Translations under genes and position numbers: made by a program | Assembly: GCA_004764695.1 (NCBI GenBank) | Contig: SMSO01000014.1 | Span: 3,591,648 to 3,655,647 of the forward strand | Reading direction: 5' to 3' | From: Schizochytrium sp. TIO01 | Lineage: Eukaryota; Protista; Bigyra: Labyrinthulomycetes | Length of the DNA: 64,000 nt | Shown: in pieces, positions 61,621 to 64,000 of the stretch | Layout: each line of letters opens with the position of its first letter | Numbering within the stretch: position 1 is the stretch's first letter | Notes under the pieces: generated by a model | Seen by the model: the letters and a program-made list of their open reading frames with translations, nothing else | Databases searched by the model: none | Told to the model about the DNA's origin: nothing

Positions 61621-63429
61621 GGCACGCTAGTACCTACCTACAGCGTGCGTAGGCACCTACCACTCCTAGCCACCTGCATAGCTGTCCGCATAGTCGTCCG
61701 CTTCGAGTAGACAGATAGACAGTTTGCGCGTCTTTTATTAATTTGGGACAGGAAGAGGGGCGTACAGAATTGCCGATCCCAAGCACCTCATTTGCGAATC
61801 CATCATGCATTAATTTGCAAATCGTCAAATGCGAGCGATCCGGCGTCGCGCCGTGAGGGAAAGGGAGCGTTGAGGATGCTCTGCCCACGCTCACTCTCCA
61901 ATGCAGCTCGGCCTTTGGCCTCCCAAGCCACGCCCTTTGCATCCTATTTGGATATCACGAAATCCATCATCATCCCGCGAGAGTTCTTTTTGTACACTAA
62001 CACTCACATATTCCCAACTATCACTTCCCTATTTTAGTACCGTCGCTCAGGAGCCTAAGGGAGGTAGTATGGATTAAACTACAGCCCGTCTACCTCTCTA
62101 TAGATAGCAGTACGAAACGATGGCGCTGTATTTTTATCCTAAGATAGGCCTATACAATTATATCTATGATTTTATTTTTTTAAATAGTTACTTCAAAAAA
62201 GAAAGAAGAAGTAAATGGAGAATATTATATTTTAGAGATATAAAGTTCATAGCAGTGGCTACTGATGCTTCAATGGCGGAGCCAAGTCTTCAGACCCCGT
62301 CGAAGGAGCGAAGTAGCTTCGAGTTCTTCGCATCTACGCTCGAGATCTGTCGAAAGACTTCACCGAGAGGCGTTGAAGGGGTCTTTGCCCATGCCAGGGT
62401 ACTCCGAAGTTGTCCACACACGTTCAGGATGGAAGCTGCACGGGCCATGGGCGCTTGCTTGTTTGTTATCTTCGAGTCAGGCTTTTGTTTGTTGTTTTGG
62501 CCTTCTTCAAAGGAAGGTATGATGGTCTCCTTTCAAGCTTTTCTACTTTATTTATTTTATTTTCTACTTTTCATTTTAATATCTCAATTCATTTTTGAAA
62601 AAAGAAAAGAAAAAAAGTTTCCACTTTTACCTCTTTGAGCTTCTCGTTCGATCCCTCCTTCCTAGAGAATTGTCTAGGAGCCCACTACACTATTGGCACC
62701 GTACTTGCGGAAAGCTGTGAAGTACTGGAAGGGAGGAGGGAGAGGGAGTTCCTACGGTAAAGGTTATGTGGCCAATAGGGAATTCAATTTTAAGACAGGA
62801 AGGGGAGCCCTCTGAAAGAGCCCTTTTTTCCCCTGCTCTGTCTTTAATTCAGCTACCGGGACTCCTAGGGGTCCACTACCCGTATCGCTATGCCCGCCGG
62901 GTTCGGAAATTAAATTTTGAAAAGTAAGCATTTTGAGCCAAAGTAAAGTAAATCTTGAAGAAGTTTAATGAGTGAGAGAGAGAGAAAGAGAAAGGGTCGT
63001 GCTCGTTCATCCTCGATACGCCTCGCAGGGTACCCATCTCATGCCGGTCTGCGCTTGTTCGAGTGTATATGCTGACGATTTCCGTTGGCGCCCAGGTATT
63101 TGCTAGTTTTCTATAAAGGAGGAGGAAGCGGCAAGAAACCCCAAATCTTGAAGCCCGTTGTTCTTTGCTCGTTTCTTTCTCTGTTTAATTCAGTGTCTTC
63201 TTTCGCTCTCGTTTGCCACATTTGTAAAACGCCAATTAACTATTGTAAATGTACAAAAATGCCAATCTTTATCATCATTCTTTATTTTCAGTCTAAAATT
63301 TAAATTCAAAGTATATACCTGTGACAGTAAAATGAAAACTTGAAACACTCTGCAGTTAAAAAGCGGAAAAGAGGAAGGAAGGAGGGAAAGAAAGAAGTGG
63401 AGTGAATGAACGTGAATGAGTGTGCGAAA

Positions 63430-63454
63430 AGAAGAAGAAGAAGAAGAAGAAGAA
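63430..63454. repeat. (GAA)n microsatellite
   Basis: Direct reading. Confidence 0.9.
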
Positions 63455-64000
63455 GGACTTCGCGCTGTGCCTTTCCGTGAAGGTTGTCAGTCGTTCGATG
63501 CTTTGTTTCGCAGAAGAGACCCATCAAAAGACAGAGGACCCCTTCACCCACCCAGATATCACGAGTTAGCTTTTAAATCATCAAATTTCAAGCGCCGTTC
63601 AATGCGACTCCAGAGAAGGGATACCGACGATGTCCTGCAATATCAATCAATATGTCTTGCAGCTGTCTCCTCTGAGCAGGCGCCTCCCTCCCTCCCTAAT
63701 CAACACTGAGGTGGCCGCTGACCCTTTTCATCGCGGGTAGCAGTTGCCTACGCGTAGGTAGCGAGGCGTCAAAATGTGCTTACAAGTTTTGGCCTCAACT
63801 TTGGATTGAGATGTATTTTAAATTTTAAAATTTTCATTTTAAAACTTCTAAACGAAAAGATGAAATAGTAAAAACATCTTCATTTCCAAGGGAGTCGGTA
63901 CTGCTTCTCCTCAGGCAATAAACGAGCAATAAAAATAGTGGAGAAGTCAATCGGGATCTCGATGCGGTACTGTCAAGAAAACGAAGGTTCAACACGTAAA

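Noticed and set aside
62643-62660. GTTCGATCCC B-box/T-loop-like motif (similarly GAGTTCGATAC on the minus strand near 55770)
   Set aside because: No T-stem pairing, A-box or cloverleaf, so not a tRNA.

Overview
Eukaryotic nuclear DNA with intron-poor genes, GT-AG introns, cilium/centriole genes and very abundant tetranucleotide microsatellites. This is most consistent with a flagellated stramenopile protist such as a thraustochytrid/labyrinthulomycete; that is an inference, since there is no taxonomic marker gene in the window. Bases 1 to ~43.3 kb are gene-dense and contain: EAF6 (2 exons, missed by the ORF track), a 2-exon secreted orphan, an FMR1/FXR-like KH protein, CWC24/RNF113, an organelle-targeted bacterial-type MutS, a DSN1/Mis13-like kinetochore protein, CEP162 with an extra Tudor-like domain, a large Cys-rich-repeat/multi-TM/LRR receptor-like protein, an AIFM2/FSP1-like oxidoreductase, an ankyrin protein, Elongin A, katanin p60, a zinc-dependent nucleoside deaminase, LRRC9 (split by a 1-nt frameshift) and a TylF/MycF-like methyltransferase. 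From ~43.5 to 64 kb the window is gene-poor and microsatellite-rich, with only an LCCL-domain membrane protein (5' end apparently frameshifted) and a three-repeat MYB factor. No rRNA, tRNA, CRISPR or intact mobile element was recognised. The most interesting leads are (1) a Tudor-less, RGG-less Fragile-X-family protein outside animals, (2) a GCC2/GCC3-repeat + ~9TM + cytosolic RI-type LRR receptor architecture, and (3) a bacterial-type sugar O-methyltransferase whose N-terminal tail carries an NLS-like motif and an EEGEL (ARS2-recruitment-like) motif. All family assignments come from motif recognition by eye, not from database searches.
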